A DNA stretch of 60,426 bases, counting the filler, from Catajapyx aquilonaris (taxonomy: Eukaryota): assembly GCA_000934665.2 (NCBI GenBank). It is 3 parts of 3 records of this genome, joined end to end, with 100 filler letters (N's around TTAATTAATTAA, not from the genome) between each part and the next. Parts side by side here need not be neighbours in the genome. Positions count along the whole stretch, not along the records: positions 20,165 to 40,267 come from JYFJ02006337.1; 2 more parts are not named here. The stretch is one strand, 5' to 3'. Position numbers and translations under genes: made by a program. How positions within the stretch are numbered: the first letter of the stretch is position 1; every line of letters starts with the position of its first letter. The notes below the pieces were generated by a model. That model had not been told where the DNA came from and did not search any database. It saw only the letters and a program-made list of their open reading frames with translations. This document shows, piece by piece, positions 22,666 to 36,486 of this stretch.

Positions 22666-25600
22666 ATATCCGCTGGAAGTTATCTCTCTCCCCACTAGGT
22701 GCGCCACCTATCTGACTACATCCCTGCTTAGCCCCCTTCCCCATTCACCTTCCACCGCCTTCCGCTAGAGGGTTCTCCACATGCTGCCAGGTGGCGCTCC
22801 TGTACAGTACTGCTCGCTACGGGTACCCTTACCGCGTGCACTGAAGGTGCACCCACCACAATCCCTGTTTATGCACCGTAGGTGCATTAACAGGCTTCTA
22901 AATTGTAATAACAATCATGGAGTCCCTAAATAATTGTATCGCCCTCTCGTCGTAACAGTATTTTCCTCAGATATCAAATCTATTGGTTCATTGCTTGTTG
23001 GACAGGACCTTTCCAAGAATAAAAATTGAATGACCACATCAGAAACTGTATAAATAAATACAGAAATTCATTTTTAGAAAACAATGAGCTGGAACATTGT
23101 ACTAACAAAGTATACTGTAGAAAAATAAACGTGAATGTCCTTTACCATTATGCAGTATACACACACGTAAGATTCGAGTTGGCTTTGTTTTTGCTCGCGT
23201 TCATTCTATCAGACATATTCAATAGAGGTTTACAGTAGCCTATATAGAACAAAAAAAAATCTAAATGTGTGTCATTAGGTGATACTGTAATTTATTTGAT
23301 TATATATAGAGCATGATCATGCGAGAATTATTTCCTCGCAAATCAATGGCACGAAAACAATTCGGGGTATAATATACGTGTAATGACATTTGATCCGGGT
23401 ATAGGGGAGGTCCCAAGAAGAAGACGTTACGATTTTTACAGGGATTTTCAGATGGGGGGGGGGGGGATCGTTAGCAGCGAATAAATCACAAGTGGTCGTA
23501 GATTGCAACAAACGCAATTTGTGGTCGTTGAGGGGCGTCCACTCTTGGTTTCCGTCCAAGTAGGGCCCCATCTTGAGTTATGACAACTCCAAAGTTATCT
23601 CTCCTGGTGTAAATCTCCAGAGGTCCGAACGGGTGGACTAGAGAGGATATTTTTTTCCTCTTCTCCAATAGCAATAAATTGCTCCCCATTGCAAACCGTG
23701 AAACATCGTTTTTGTCTCTGATACCGCACAAGTACCATGTAGTTATTATGTAGGCCAATACTTATGCCATAAGTCAATTGGAGACTAGAACGGTGCCTGC
23801 TCCAGACTTGGTCCCGAATTTATTACTAAAAACTAACTACTCGAAATTGCAAAATTTCTTAGTACAATATATTGACGTCTTTGTTTATCAAATCAATCAT
23901 TAGCGTAAGTCGATTTTTACGCAACTCTGAGTTATGTTTTATTACGTACTGTAAGTGATGTTTCTAAGCCACAACAGTTGTGCCGCCGGGGTACAGGAGC
24001 CAATAGGGTATAATTAAAAAAATAATAAAGTCTGTAATATATTATGATTATTATTAAACGAGTTTTCAACAATGCTGGACATGACAGGTGACGACAATAT
24101 ATCATGGCAGCACTGTTGGTTGACTGGAGTCTATTGCAGTTGTCTATCAAGGAAGAAGGAACAAGCTGCACTGTATGGATACAGTATATGCTGCAAAATT
24201 TAACCCATTCGTTCCTGACTTGCAGTAAAGTTGTGAATTTTTTTTCCCCAAATCCCTCATATCAAAATGTGGGCAGACCAATGAGCAGGCGACCTTCCAA
24301 AATTATCCACGGGATGTTATTCTTTTCTTTGGCACGTAAGTGACTGGGAATATCGGTGACGGGAGCAAAGTAAATCGGACAGAACAATTAAAAGGAAGGG
24401 GTATAAATGGTCTAGACTGGCAGCTCGGCTCCTGGCAGTGTTCCCCAGCTGCCAATTACAGAGAATATTTAAGATAATTACCCAGTCACCCTTAATTTCC
24501 CTTAGAAACCCGTTTTTTTAAGGGGCGTTGGAAAAGGCTTCCTGTGCGGTTGCGGCGGTAGACTGATCAGCAAGAATAGGCCGCTTAGAATCGATTCACT
24601 CTGCCCCACCAACTATTCTCTTCGGAGCTTGAAACATGTATATAAAGTGGATGACGCGGATGGCTCCATTCGATCAAGATGGGATAGGATATAAGACAAT
24701 ACCCAGGCAGGTGTTGCTGTCTTATGATTGCGACGTGTTCCTTGCAAAATGACATTGTGGGCTATGGTGGTTGCCAAATGAGGAGACAGTGCATGGTGCA
24801 ATACATAGATAGTAGATGGGTTTAATAACAACTTAGTACATCATTTAATTCATTTTGAACAGAGTCTGTTCAATGTGATTTAAAATTAGTCAGCCACTCA
24901 ATTTAGTTCTATTCCCATTCCAATTTAGTTCATTTCCATATCCCATTCGATTCACTTCCATTGCCAGTTATTTAATCGCCACTTACCATTCACGTCCATG
25001 CCCATTTCATTCATTTCAATTCACCCCAGAATAATGATTCCAATTTCAAATTAAATAGTGCCCGTCACTGAACCAGACCGTACTTAAAAGAATTGCTGCA
25101 CTTTGTTTTATTTATGGATATACCTTTTGGCCATCTTGCGAATAAGGACGTAGACAAACGTGTCAACAACAATAAGTGTTTCTGAATGAAGTAATGTTTA
25201 ATTATAACTTTAATGAAAAAGGACCTTCATTTCCGAAAGTGACTCCCAAATTTGGCTGAAATTAGGACGTATTCCAACTTCAGGAGGGGAACGAATTCTG
25301 AAAATAATGGCAACCGTAATTTCGCAGCCTCCCAAAGAATAATTACACCCTATGGAAGGGGGGGGGGGGGTAGAAATGAGGNGAGGCGGGCTTTAATCCC
25401 CGAGTCCAAATCTCTCAACTGTGCCAAGAATGGATCACCTCGACACTTTAATGACCCGCTTACTAGTTCAGGAGAGGAGGGGGATGGCAGAGGGGGGAGG
25501 TCATGTCTGCATTATTGGTAGCTCGCCGTTTAATATTTCTAGAGCAAAATTAGGGAGATGCGGAATCCCGGGAATGTCATTAGCGTTGAAAATCAGGCAA

Positions 25601-28600
25601 CGTTGCTAGGAAGTAGAATGCCAATAAGGGATGATGCCAATGCTATGTTATAGTGTATATACACACTGTACTGGCCAGGTGTTGGTTAGGACCACAACAA
25701 CCACCTGATGCGAAAAAATAATGGGTATCCTCCGAAGTTAACCTCACATCTGGAACAAGCCAATTAGAGAGGAGCTGGTTTCATTTTGAGTTTCAGCAAG
25801 CATGAAAACAGTGGGCGAGTACTTGGTCACGATTCTTTATATTCACCCGGAGTGCTGCAAATTGCCTGGACATGTCTAGGAATAACTGGATTGGATTGGG
25901 CGCGGAGGTTTTCCGAGTGGAAATGGTGTCAGGTTTAGTGTGTTGGAAGAGCGTTATCAAAATGCGTTCGGGAATAGGGATGTCTAGTCCCAGTTGCAAA
26001 TGTTGGGGGATTATTGCAGTCCAACAGGGTGTAACGGGGTGAATTTATTGTGGGTGCGATCTGGTCCAAACAAATATAACGGGCAAGCCAGTTTCGGAAA
26101 AAAAAAATGGCTGCCGACATGTTTAGGCCAATCAGCGATTAGGCGGGAGAAATGCTGATTGGAAGGTTGCGCGTGCAATGCCGGGTTGCCAGCTTTTTGA
26201 ATACCATGCCTAATATTTTGTACGAGTAAGGAAAAAATGAACTTTATTTGCTACAAATAGTTAAATAATTAGTCTACATTATTGAAATCAGGTCTTCGAT
26301 TAAGAGCTATCTTCCAGACCAATCAGTATGACTTATGATGAGGACGGAAGAGAATCTAGATTTGCACAAGAGGGTAGGGGGCTGCAAGTTTGATGAGATT
26401 TCCGTTTCTGCTACAAGAGGCTGATCCTCAATATTTTGGGCGAGTGTCGCGGCAAATTGCGCTCCATATTGCTTAGGTACACACCCTGCAGGCTCGATCA
26501 AGCCAAAAATATGGAAGATGGATGCTTTCAATTTCCTCTCGGTGGAGTCGATATCAATTGGGCTCGTCGCCTAACGCCAATGGCTGGGCGTGATAAGCAG
26601 GTTCTCGGGGGTGTTTGCATACTAAAGAAAGATGGTTTCTAACGTCGACCCCCTAAAGATCACATCCTGAAAGCGGATTAGAATTCAGGTCTGAGTCCAT
26701 TGGGTTTGCTCCTAAGGCGATATTATGAAATTTTCTATCTCCTTGGGGGTGCAAAATGGAGCTTGGAGTCCCTCAAGATACAGCATCTAAATCGATCCAA
26801 TGTCGAGCCCCTGGTTTTTTGTGGGGTCATTTCAGTGTATAGGAGACCGGAATGTGTCCAATTGAATATGCCTTTCAGTGGGCGGTGGAAATTATATGCA
26901 AATCAACAGATATCCAGTGGCATTATGGCAGCTAACTTTTAGGGGGAGGGGGGGGGGTGAAAAACTGCCGAGTCGCGAGTTGGATCTGGTGCGGACTGTA
27001 ATGTTTTCCCGAGCCTGATTTACGGTCCTTGATTCATGTACAGCTGTTGCCAGTGACGATCCTTGATAACCGGGGAACCACTTTTGCAAATGGCGCTAGG
27101 GGTCAAGTGAGGGGACTGGACAACTCCCCTTCCTATTTCACATTTGCAATTTGATGGGGTTTAATGGGAGAAGGAAAAAGAGAAGCTGGATGGTGGGGCC
27201 CTCTCTCGTTTATTATTTCGCATTAGGCCAAATGCTTATTAGGCGACACGATTATTGAATGAACGGCTTTTGATGCAGTTGCAGCTGAGGCGGCCTTTCT
27301 CATGAATAAATTACCAATGCACGAACGGGAGTGGTTGGTTAGCCAGGAATTTTTATCACGTAATTTACCTTGAAAGGGGAGGGGCCAATTTTTTAAACTT
27401 TTCTTGTTATGACGACAATTTTAATTGACACATCTAGACAGGGACGTCAAACAGGCTTGCTCTTGTTGAATTATTAATGCTTCAGGCTGCTCGTTCCCTA
27501 ATAGCATGGCTGAAATTGCCACGTGTATGTTGATAACCTGTGCCCTAAACCCTTGTCTTTACAATTACCGTCTCACCTTTGACGCATTATGAGTATATGG
27601 TCCTATCATCACCTTTCCAAGTCACCATTTTGCACAGATGAAAGGGAAGTTTATTGGTATGCTGATTGGAATTAAAGCAAGAGGAATTGACTTCTTTTGT
27701 GACAGCGTGGTGTAATTATTACATTTCGTGACTGTTCCTTTTCTTTTGGCGTTTGTTGACGTGAGGCAATTGTGGCTGTCTCTCTCGAATAATTGCGCCA
27801 CCATATTCTACCCGCTGGTCTCACACACGAACACACTCACAAAGAAAAGCAGCTGCCTCCATCACCATTAGATAATGATGATTGTCGTAGGCAATTTTCT
27901 ACATTGTCAGTATAGGCCTGCACTGCCTATAAGGCAAGGTTGCACCACGAACGTAGGAATGGTGTGGGGGGAAAGACCAGACCTGCCTAGTCATTTCAAT
28001 CAAAACATACTTGTCATTAGTTGTTGGTTAATTATTATTTTCAACAATATTATTAATAACCACGGTACACAAGGCTGTATAATCTACAGAACTGCATCAT
28101 TTCTCGATAGATGTTTTAGAACATTTAGGTCAGTGTTTCAAGGCTTAACTATACGTGTAAATGTGTTTGATAATTAATTAATTATTATGAAACACAAGGT
28201 GTAGACAGCCCAACCTCCTTTTACCTCTGCTCCTAATGTGCAGAACTATATATGGTGCTAATTGGAATATAAACGTAAAACAATTAGTGAAGGCCTTATA
28301 GCGCAGACCATTTTGCATAATTATACGACCTACGTAAATGCAGTGTTGATTTTTTTTTGCTCATGCTTGCACTTTCAGGTCTTTAGAGGCACAGAGAGGA
28401 AGGCCATATAGGACAGATCCTAAGGGAGCATGGTTTCCAGGCACTAGATTAGTTAATTTTAACGCGAAAAGCATTGAATAAATTACAACTCGGTCAAATG
28501 TTCTAAGCGGTATCCTATATAACATACTGAGTCAAAAAGTAAACTAATCTGATATACCCTACGGTATTTGGCCTACGCCTCTGATGTCAACCAAACTTTT

Positions 28601-28637
28601 TTTTATTTGTATACATGTGTAGAAATGACCTATAGGC

Positions 28638-28709
28638 GAATCATCCAGAACACCTGCACCCGCCTGCACCTATACATATATGTATAGGTGCAGGTGTTCT
28701 GGATGATTC
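28638..28709. repeat. 72-bp palindrome, perfect apart from a 10-nt duplication in the left arm
   Basis: GAATCATCCAGAACACCTGCACC[CGCCTGCACC]TATACATA|TATGTATAGGTGCAGGTGTTCTGGATGATTC. Confidence 0.9.
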
Positions 28710-30564
28710 TGACTGGGGTTCTGGGATTTTGATTGATAAACCAGGTATTCCTACAAAACTTGTCTTATAGTAATAGTGTATGTCAAAATTCCTCCATGAA
28801 AATTGGTTCCATTTTACATGCCGTAATGTAACGGAATGCCAATATTTTTGTAATATCGCAACTTGAAATGGCCAAAAGAGGTGCAGTACGCATATTCTAA
28901 TGAGAAATATCATAATATGTACTGATGATAAACTAACATGTTTCTGGCAATGAACATAAAAACTAATATATCACAAATATGACGATATTATCCGACTTCC
29001 CCTTATGTGCTATTCAGTATTATAACGCAATACAATGCACTACTCTCTAACCTACAGGGTTATGTACAAATTGGCCAGCTGACACCTCCCGGATAATTAT
29101 CAAACGTTGCCGGTTACGAGCACTAATATTCCTTCAAGATTAACAGTTAAGTTCAGCTGGGCCAGCGGGCCTTTGGGTAATTTCTCGATCCTATATTACG
29201 TCCGCTACTGCCCACCAATTTGCATGCATTTAATGTGACATAATTAAGGAATAAATTTATTTGCCAGAGATTAAGGTTAAATGATTCCTTATTATAGCCA
29301 ATTTACTCTACCTGCGTGCATAAATGTGGACTGTTGGAAGCTCTCACGCACACCTAGTAATTTTCAAACGCTTCTGTTGCGAAGTTGCATCTTGGTACAT
29401 TTCCATAATTCCGCAATATGGGATCGATAATTCTAAATGAGGGGAAATACGGTGAGGGGATTTCTATGCATGGAATTTCATGGGACGCGGGCACAAATTA
29501 CTAGCAGTAAACGTAAGCCAGGGAAATGAGTCGGATTTAAATTTTTTTAAAAACCCTACCCAAGTTATCTGCCTTATTTTTGGACACAGACATTGTAGAC
29601 CTACATCGATTTAAATAAAAACGGCTCTATCCCCTGCAAAATTATATAATCTCACTCTATATTTTCAAAACCTCACCACATGATCCAAAGTGGGTATGAC
29701 GGCAAAAGTGGCATTGAGAATGAAATTCCACAAAAAAATTTTTGGCACTACTCTGCAGTGCCGGTTTTGCTTGTACCAGACATTTTTTTTTTGCATTACC
29801 CTAGTGCTGATGAAAAACGAGTGTGTGCATAACCGATTGCGTCAACACCGTTAACGCAGTATATCAATGCAAGTGTTGTGGAAATTTGCGACAAAATTTC
29901 GCGGGAAGGGATGTTTGGCTATATTGTCGCTACTAGAATGTGGCTATTGAGCACGAACTCCCCGGTGGGATATTAGCGTCATTTGTATATTTACGTCGCA
30001 TTTTTTTAAACACCACACCCTGCATGGAAGCGTATAGCTTTAACCTTTACACGCATCAATGTTTTAAAGAGATGCTTGAATCGAATTCATCCATATTGCA
30101 TAATAATTAGGTGGTGTAAAATTGGCAAACTTGTGTGTATTGACCCGTTGGGATGGTTCCAAGATGGCGACGTTTCAATGCGATTCTAGCCGAGAAAATG
30201 ATTAGAAAGCGGGCTGATTACAGGAACGAATGTTTCCTCAGAGGAGAGGAATTTAGTGTCGGGGTGTTTGGTTTTTAAGAGTCTAGCGGCAAACCTCCAA
30301 CGAGAGCCATGAGGCAAGCGGCCAAGACTCTTTCCGTAGAAAATTTATTTGGTGCAACACAGACTGAATTAACCCTTGCAAATGACCCACTTGTGTGGGC
30401 GCTGATAAACACTGGCAACGCTGAACTGAATCTTTTTGCTCAATCACCACAACTGATCGCTGATTAGGCACGAGTGTACTGCTGATTGGATAAGAGACTG
30501 CGAGTGCATCACAGTGTTGCCATGTACAAGGCATACAACCTGCTCCCACAGCTGGAGGACATTC

Positions 30565-31162
30565 CTACTGACAAGGGAAGTGTAAGTGTTGTCCGTGGAG
30601 TTTCTGAATGAAACTTGGCACAATAATGTAGGCAGGTAAGTTATTAAAGAAAATGCAAACAATTTAGGCGGATGCCCACAAGGTCAAAAGTTATGACCTC
30701 TCGAACTCACAAGGGAGACTTTCCAAGGTCTCACCGATTTTCTTGAAATTCGGTACATTGGTAGGCCACCCCAAGGGATGAAAAACGCACCTAAAGTGAC
30801 CTGCTCAAAATGACCCGGTGATCCCTTTTTGGGGGCTACCAATGCACCGAATTTCAAGGAAATCGGTGAGTGTTCGGCATTTAAGAGTTGACCTCTGCCC
30901 CCCAAAAAGGGGTCACCGGGTCATTTTGAGCAGGTCACTTTAGGTGCGTTTTTCATCCCTTGGGGTGGCCTATCAATGTACTGAATTTCAAGAAAATCGG
31001 TGAGACCTTGGAAAGTCTCCCTTGTGAGTTCGAGAGGTCATAACTTTTGACCTTGTGGGCATTCGCCTAAATTGTTTGCATTTTCTTTTAATAACTTACC
31101 TGCTTGTGCCAAGTTTCGTACAGAAACTTCACGGACAACACTTACACTTCCCTTGTGAGTAG
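30565..31162. mobile_element. Young foldback MITE: ~270-bp near-identical inverted arms, ~60-bp spacer, TA flanks
   Basis: TA-CTGACAAGGGAAGTGTAAGTGTTGTCCGTG... mirrored by ...CACGGACAACACTTACACTTCCCTTGTGAG-TA. Arms differ by a few substitutions and one short indel. Confidence 0.9.
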
Positions 31163-34100
31163 AAAAGTCATTTGTAATTTTGTCATAAAAATTACATTAT
31201 GTGCTACATCATTCTAAAGTTAGGGCGCGTAGTTCTAAATAGCGATGTTGGTTAGCAGTGATTTGTATAAATCCGACAATCGTGTCTTGTGACGTGATCA
31301 GGACACTTTTGAAAAAAAAAATTTGCCACAATTTCATTCGATTCAGAACGTGTCATATCACGTTTCTATCATATATTTTTTTCTTCGACACCCTGTATAC
31401 GTTCTTCATTCTCTCGGTAGACTACTGAATGTCGCTTTGACGGTAAGTTAATCGATATTGGTTTAGAAATGTCAATAGCGCAGTGCTGTAGCTGTAACTT
31501 GTTGGATTTGCATTTGCATACCTGTTGAACGTTATGCCCTCTCTAGTTGAGGGTGAAAACAAAAGCGTGCACTCTAATCCGGTATAATCGGACGCATCTT
31601 CTTCGGCTCCTAGGAGAGAAATTTAGGAACGAAAAGGGTCGTATTAAAGCTTACTTTATGGCAGAACTCCGAAAGGGCTCATTTGAAGCTCAGATAAAGT
31701 TAGGGAGTCGCAAATGAAACCCGACGCGTAACATCTGAACTAATTGGAAGAGATATAATACATGGATGATGGTTCCAATTCTGACCCAGTTTTTCTCTTG
31801 AAAAAAAAATAATCTGGAACCGACTTCTTATTCTCGTATCACTTCCGGAATGAAGAAAGATACACTTCCTTATCCGGAAAGGGCCTCAGGGGCTGGGATT
31901 GGAGGTGACTTTGAAAAGTCGTGGTGATGACGATGGAGACACGTCTTTCAGATCGATCTTGGTCCGGTGATTTCTTTTCCTGGACTGTCTGACTTGATTC
32001 TACTAGATAGGTCAAAGGGTTTCACTTTGACTAGGATTTCCATTTGGATTACCTCACACGATAAATCCGAGTTTGAATAAATGGATTTCTTGCTTTCATA
32101 GACATCAGAGTAGGCGTCACTAGGCACGGCCTCCCACCTCCTGGGTCTCGAGTTCGATCCCTTTACAATCTAGAAACGTGCGTTGGTTATCTTAGCTTCT
32201 TTCTTCTTCCACGCACGAAATTCCATTTTCAGCGAAGTGATGAATCAGGACGGGTATACTGTAAAAGTGAAAAATTACCATACTGGTTACACTGTAAGCA
32301 ACTCCGGGATTACCACAATAATGTACAAGGACTTAATGGAAAACAAAGTTTAGATTTAAACTTTGTTATAACAGATGGTCAGAAATGACTGTATACCCGA
32401 GGCCAAATCCCTGCACACTGTAGAACATAGCCGCATTAGACCTTGCGCAATTTTAAAGATACCATCCATACCGGTAGCCAGAACATGCGACCTTTTACAC
32501 TTACTGACGTCTAACGTAATTATAACACCCCGATTAATCACTGCGTCATCACCTTGAGAGATCCTTAAGGGTTGTTCCTTTTGCGTGTCATTTGCATGCC
32601 ACGCGCTAATCGGCGACACTCTACCGGGAAACACAGGTTATTTATACCTCTCGAGTTGCATGTTTACGCCCTACCAAAAGGAAGTGTCACACAAATAATA
32701 AAAGGATATGTAAAGTGGGGGCCATAGTCAGGTGGAAAGTGATGACGCCTCGAATGAAAAGAGTCCGTCATATTTTGACATACTAATATAAGCTGCTACT
32801 CCAATGTTGTTGCCAAAATGAGAACCAGGCCCTACTCCATCTTAATCGTCCAGGGTTGGAAGAGGGGGAGAGAGAAACAACAAAAAAGAGGGTAAGGGGA
32901 CAAAAAAAAGTGGAGAAAACTTGTTGCTCCAGAGAGTCCAAAATGTATGTGGCTTCCACTCCAGTTGGAGCAAAAAACTTTTGATCGCATGACACGGATC
33001 GTGAAACCGCGATCATTTTGGCTGCTTTCTACTTAATGAAGTCGAAAAGAAGGGATTGGCTCTGTGTTATTTCGGACCCTGGGCCCATTTTGCGTGATTT
33101 CGTGGGTGCTTGTAAAGTGGTGTCTGCGTTGACAAATCTTGGGGGATGTTTATGGAGAGGATGTGTGTGATGTGATTGTTTGTAGCAATTCGGTGGATGG
33201 CATTTTATTGAAGGTATACCACGTGGTCCAAAATGACGGTTACAGGCGTCGCTTCCAGTGTCAGCCATTTTGAATAACGGTCACTTTCAGACCGTTGTTT
33301 GCTGGGCCTAATTGGGATGTAAACTGCAGTTAGACAGTATGTGATCATCTTATATCTAAATACAAGTGAGGCGTGGGTAGAAATGACCAAGATACGTTGA
33401 CACGATGACAGTGGCACGCTTCTCGACACAAAATCAGTTTAGGGACGCAATTGGAAAACGGCACCCACGCGACCAATTATGAAAATGAAGGGTTTGAAGT
33501 CTATAATTTCAGGGATAGGGGAACATTCCATCCCACGCTTTTGGCAGTGGGAAAAAGCAATCTCCGATTTCATTATAGAAGCCTGCGCTTTTTCCGGGAT
33601 GAAATGCGGGACGAAATAGGTCGTACCTTTGACGATTTGTCGTTTCTTTGCAAAGATTAAGTTTCACCTCCAGATTTCTATCCTCTTGCTATTATGTCCC
33701 AAACTCCGGGACATTCATTCTGTAAACTCCTTTAAGAACCAGCAGGGGGTCTATTCCAGTGATTATTTACAGTGCGAAAAGTAAAATAGGTAAGAAGAGC
33801 TCTAAAATCACTGCAAAGGGTTTTCTGTGCTACAAACGGCATAAATAATCGTGCTGTAAGGAAAGGTTTGATCTAAATATGATGAATATAACCCTAGAAT
33901 AAGACCCTGCACACTCTGGCCTCCACTATGCCGCGAATATAGGCCTACAGGCGCTATTGCTTATCATTTTTATCAATAATTACTACTTCCTGTATGCGTC
34001 ATTCTGTAAGTGACAATATTATTACAGGTTACTACACATCACGGTGACAGCAGTATCTGGTACTGTACTTCAAACCAAAAATAACAAAGCCTAGAATTAT

Positions 34101-35037
34101 ACATTGCACCCAGTGGAAAACGGACATGAGTAATTAAGGTTTGTGTGAAATTCGGCTGTGTATAGTCTGCAAGTGTAATCAATATGGTAATGCTAGGAAA
34201 AGGGCTCACGTTCGCACAAAATGTTGTATAACATTAAGTGTGCAGAAGAAAAGGCTAAGGCTAGTAATGCATTATTTCGAAGCTGTTGGCTCAATTCGAT
34301 ACATTATTAGGCGTGCCAGTGGAGAGTTTTTCATCGATCCGCGGCTAATGACATGTGCCGAAAAGGTGAATTTTCTGTGTGGACGCTCGCTGGGGAAAAA
34401 TTCTGGGAACGCATTTCCTTGTGGGCTTGGGGGGGGNGGTTAGGAACCAAAAAAGAAAAAAAAGAAAAGAAACATTAGAGAGGATATCTGCGCTATCCCT
34501 TAGGACCTGGAGGGATTATGGAGGGGATAACACGGTAAACGTTTCAAAAAAGGGTCCATTCCTATCAATGTAGGCGAAGGTGGTGAAATGGCCATCGTGG
34601 GAATATGGTGGACTTGTACAGAAGGTGAAGGGTTTTGCATTTATAACAATGGGGCGACTTGGTCAATATTGGCTGGCAGAGACATTAATCGCATCTGAGC
34701 AAATTTCAAAGCCAATTTTGAGAGGATACCTGCTATCAGTAAGGGGGTAATAAATAGTTAATCGCGTCATTTGCCACGCGAGGTTCTAACGGTGCAATTG
34801 TTACAGCGATACTACTGCAAATTGTGTAGAGATATCAATAAGTGCACAGCAGAATGGAAAGTCGAACAATTAAAATGTGACCTAATAATATGGATATTAC
34901 TCGAAGAATTCACGCTATCGTGTGATGATACGTATAATATTCTTCATCGATGTCTTTCTTTCTTGTGTTTTGTTATTGCAAGATTGTATTATAATGCCGT
35001 TAAGGTCCATGCATGATTAATCGTGAATTTAAGACAG

Positions 35038-35104
35038 CTTTGTTGATCCTTGTTATTAATTGCTTAGTAATTGTCGCAAGCAATTAATTAAGAAGATCAA
35101 CAAG
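35038..35104. repeat. Imperfect ~65-bp hairpin
   Basis: TTGTTGATCCTT..ATTAATTGCTT ... AAGCAATTAAT..AAG..GATCAACAA. Confidence 0.6.
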
Positions 35105-35383
35105 ATTCTTTCATTTGCCACCAACAATCACGCAACCAGGTCGAAGCAGGAATATAGATGGCACGCTAGTGTTTGCTTTCTTTTAGATGAATTGTAGCTT
35201 TCGCTTTCTAATAAGCTATAGTGCTGCCTTTTGTTCTAATGTTCCAATGAGTTTTTGCAATATTTTGGCGTTATAATTAAATTATTACTAGCTGTAGTTT
35301 ACAGCATAATTACACTGTATTAACTGCAGGACTCATTTAAAAGTCCCAATTTTAATAATCACTGCTCTGCTTGATGGATTTAA

Positions 35384-35825
35384 TGTTTTTGTTTTTTTGT
35401 TTTTTACCCCGTGATATGCCTACATGGGCCCTGTTGGGGGGTGGTATACCACCATCAATTTTCTTGTATTTTCTTTTTCTTTCCTCCAGTGCAAGGGGAC
35501 AGGATAGGGATAATGAGGGGGGGGGGACACTAGTGCAGGTGCAATGTCTCAAGTTGGGGGTCGTGTGCCGTCCCCCAGGGGGTCAGGTTGCAAGACAACC
35601 CCTTAGGTGCGGGTCAGAAACTCCCCACAGACACCGCACCTCCTCCAGGGCAGGGAAAGGAAGGAAGCGGCTGTGGCCTATTTTACGGTCCGATACCGGA
35701 ATTTTTCCTGGGGCGACCTTGGAAAACCACAGAAAACCTAGGTCAGGATCGCCGGCCTCCGGGACTCGAACCCAGGACCTCCCGATTAGCAGTCGGACAC
35801 TCTACTGCACATTAAGACCAGTTAT
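35384..35825 (-). mobile_element. tRNA-derived SINE with an extra central domain; 3' body shared with the SINE at 22313
   Basis: Minus strand: TGGTCTTAATG..GTAGAGTG (A-box-like), GACTGCTAATC, B box GGTTCGAGTCCC (35761-35772), central GGTTTTCTGTGGTTTTCC..AGGCCACAGCCGCTTCCTTCC segment, shared body, A-rich tail. Confidence 0.85.
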
Positions 35826-36486
35826 GTCAATACTGACGGTAATCTCCGTGTGTACATGTGCATATGATGTATACAAAGCAAATTCTGAGTTGAAAAAGAG
35901 CTCGCGTGGAGTTAAACCAACCAAAAAATACACGCACTAAAATACTGACAGCCATTTAGACCCGGCCATCATTGAGCCGAATTGATCCGATTTCGCGTGA
36001 ACCGCATAGACCTTAAATGACAATAGCTTTTTATGAAAGTTTCCATCTCAGTTATGACTGCAAAAAACGCAATCCCCCGACATTTTACCTTCACATAGTA
36101 ACACTCGCTCGTATACTGTAGGCTGATGCCTGTATCTTGCAAAGCGATATGATTCTCATGTAAAATGAGAAGTCTCCTTCTCAAAAGACCTCACTCTCTG
36201 GCACACTCCCACAGATACGGTGAATATATATGTATATATGCTATACATACGCGATTTTCTCTCCCGCCTGCCGCCTGCAGATATGGCAGCGTATATATAC
36301 ACCTGATGCACTCTGCCAGACCTAAACTACGCACCGTATTTTGCTCAAGTAATCCACGACTTTACATTAATGTGTACTTCAAACTGGTGGTTCCTTACAA
36401 TATAAGTTCAAGTAAGAAAGTCCGCACACATACAAAAAAAAAAATGCCAATATTGATTGAGATGCGTATGTGTAGCATGCAGGTCC

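Noticed and set aside
32181..32205. miR-9-like string TTGGTTATCTTAGCT
   Set aside because: Seed and 3' end mismatch miR-9 and there is no precursor hairpin.
35371..35940. 189-aa ORF on the + strand
   Set aside because: It is the antisense reading of the SINE at 35384-35825, with a non-ATG start and no domain-like content.
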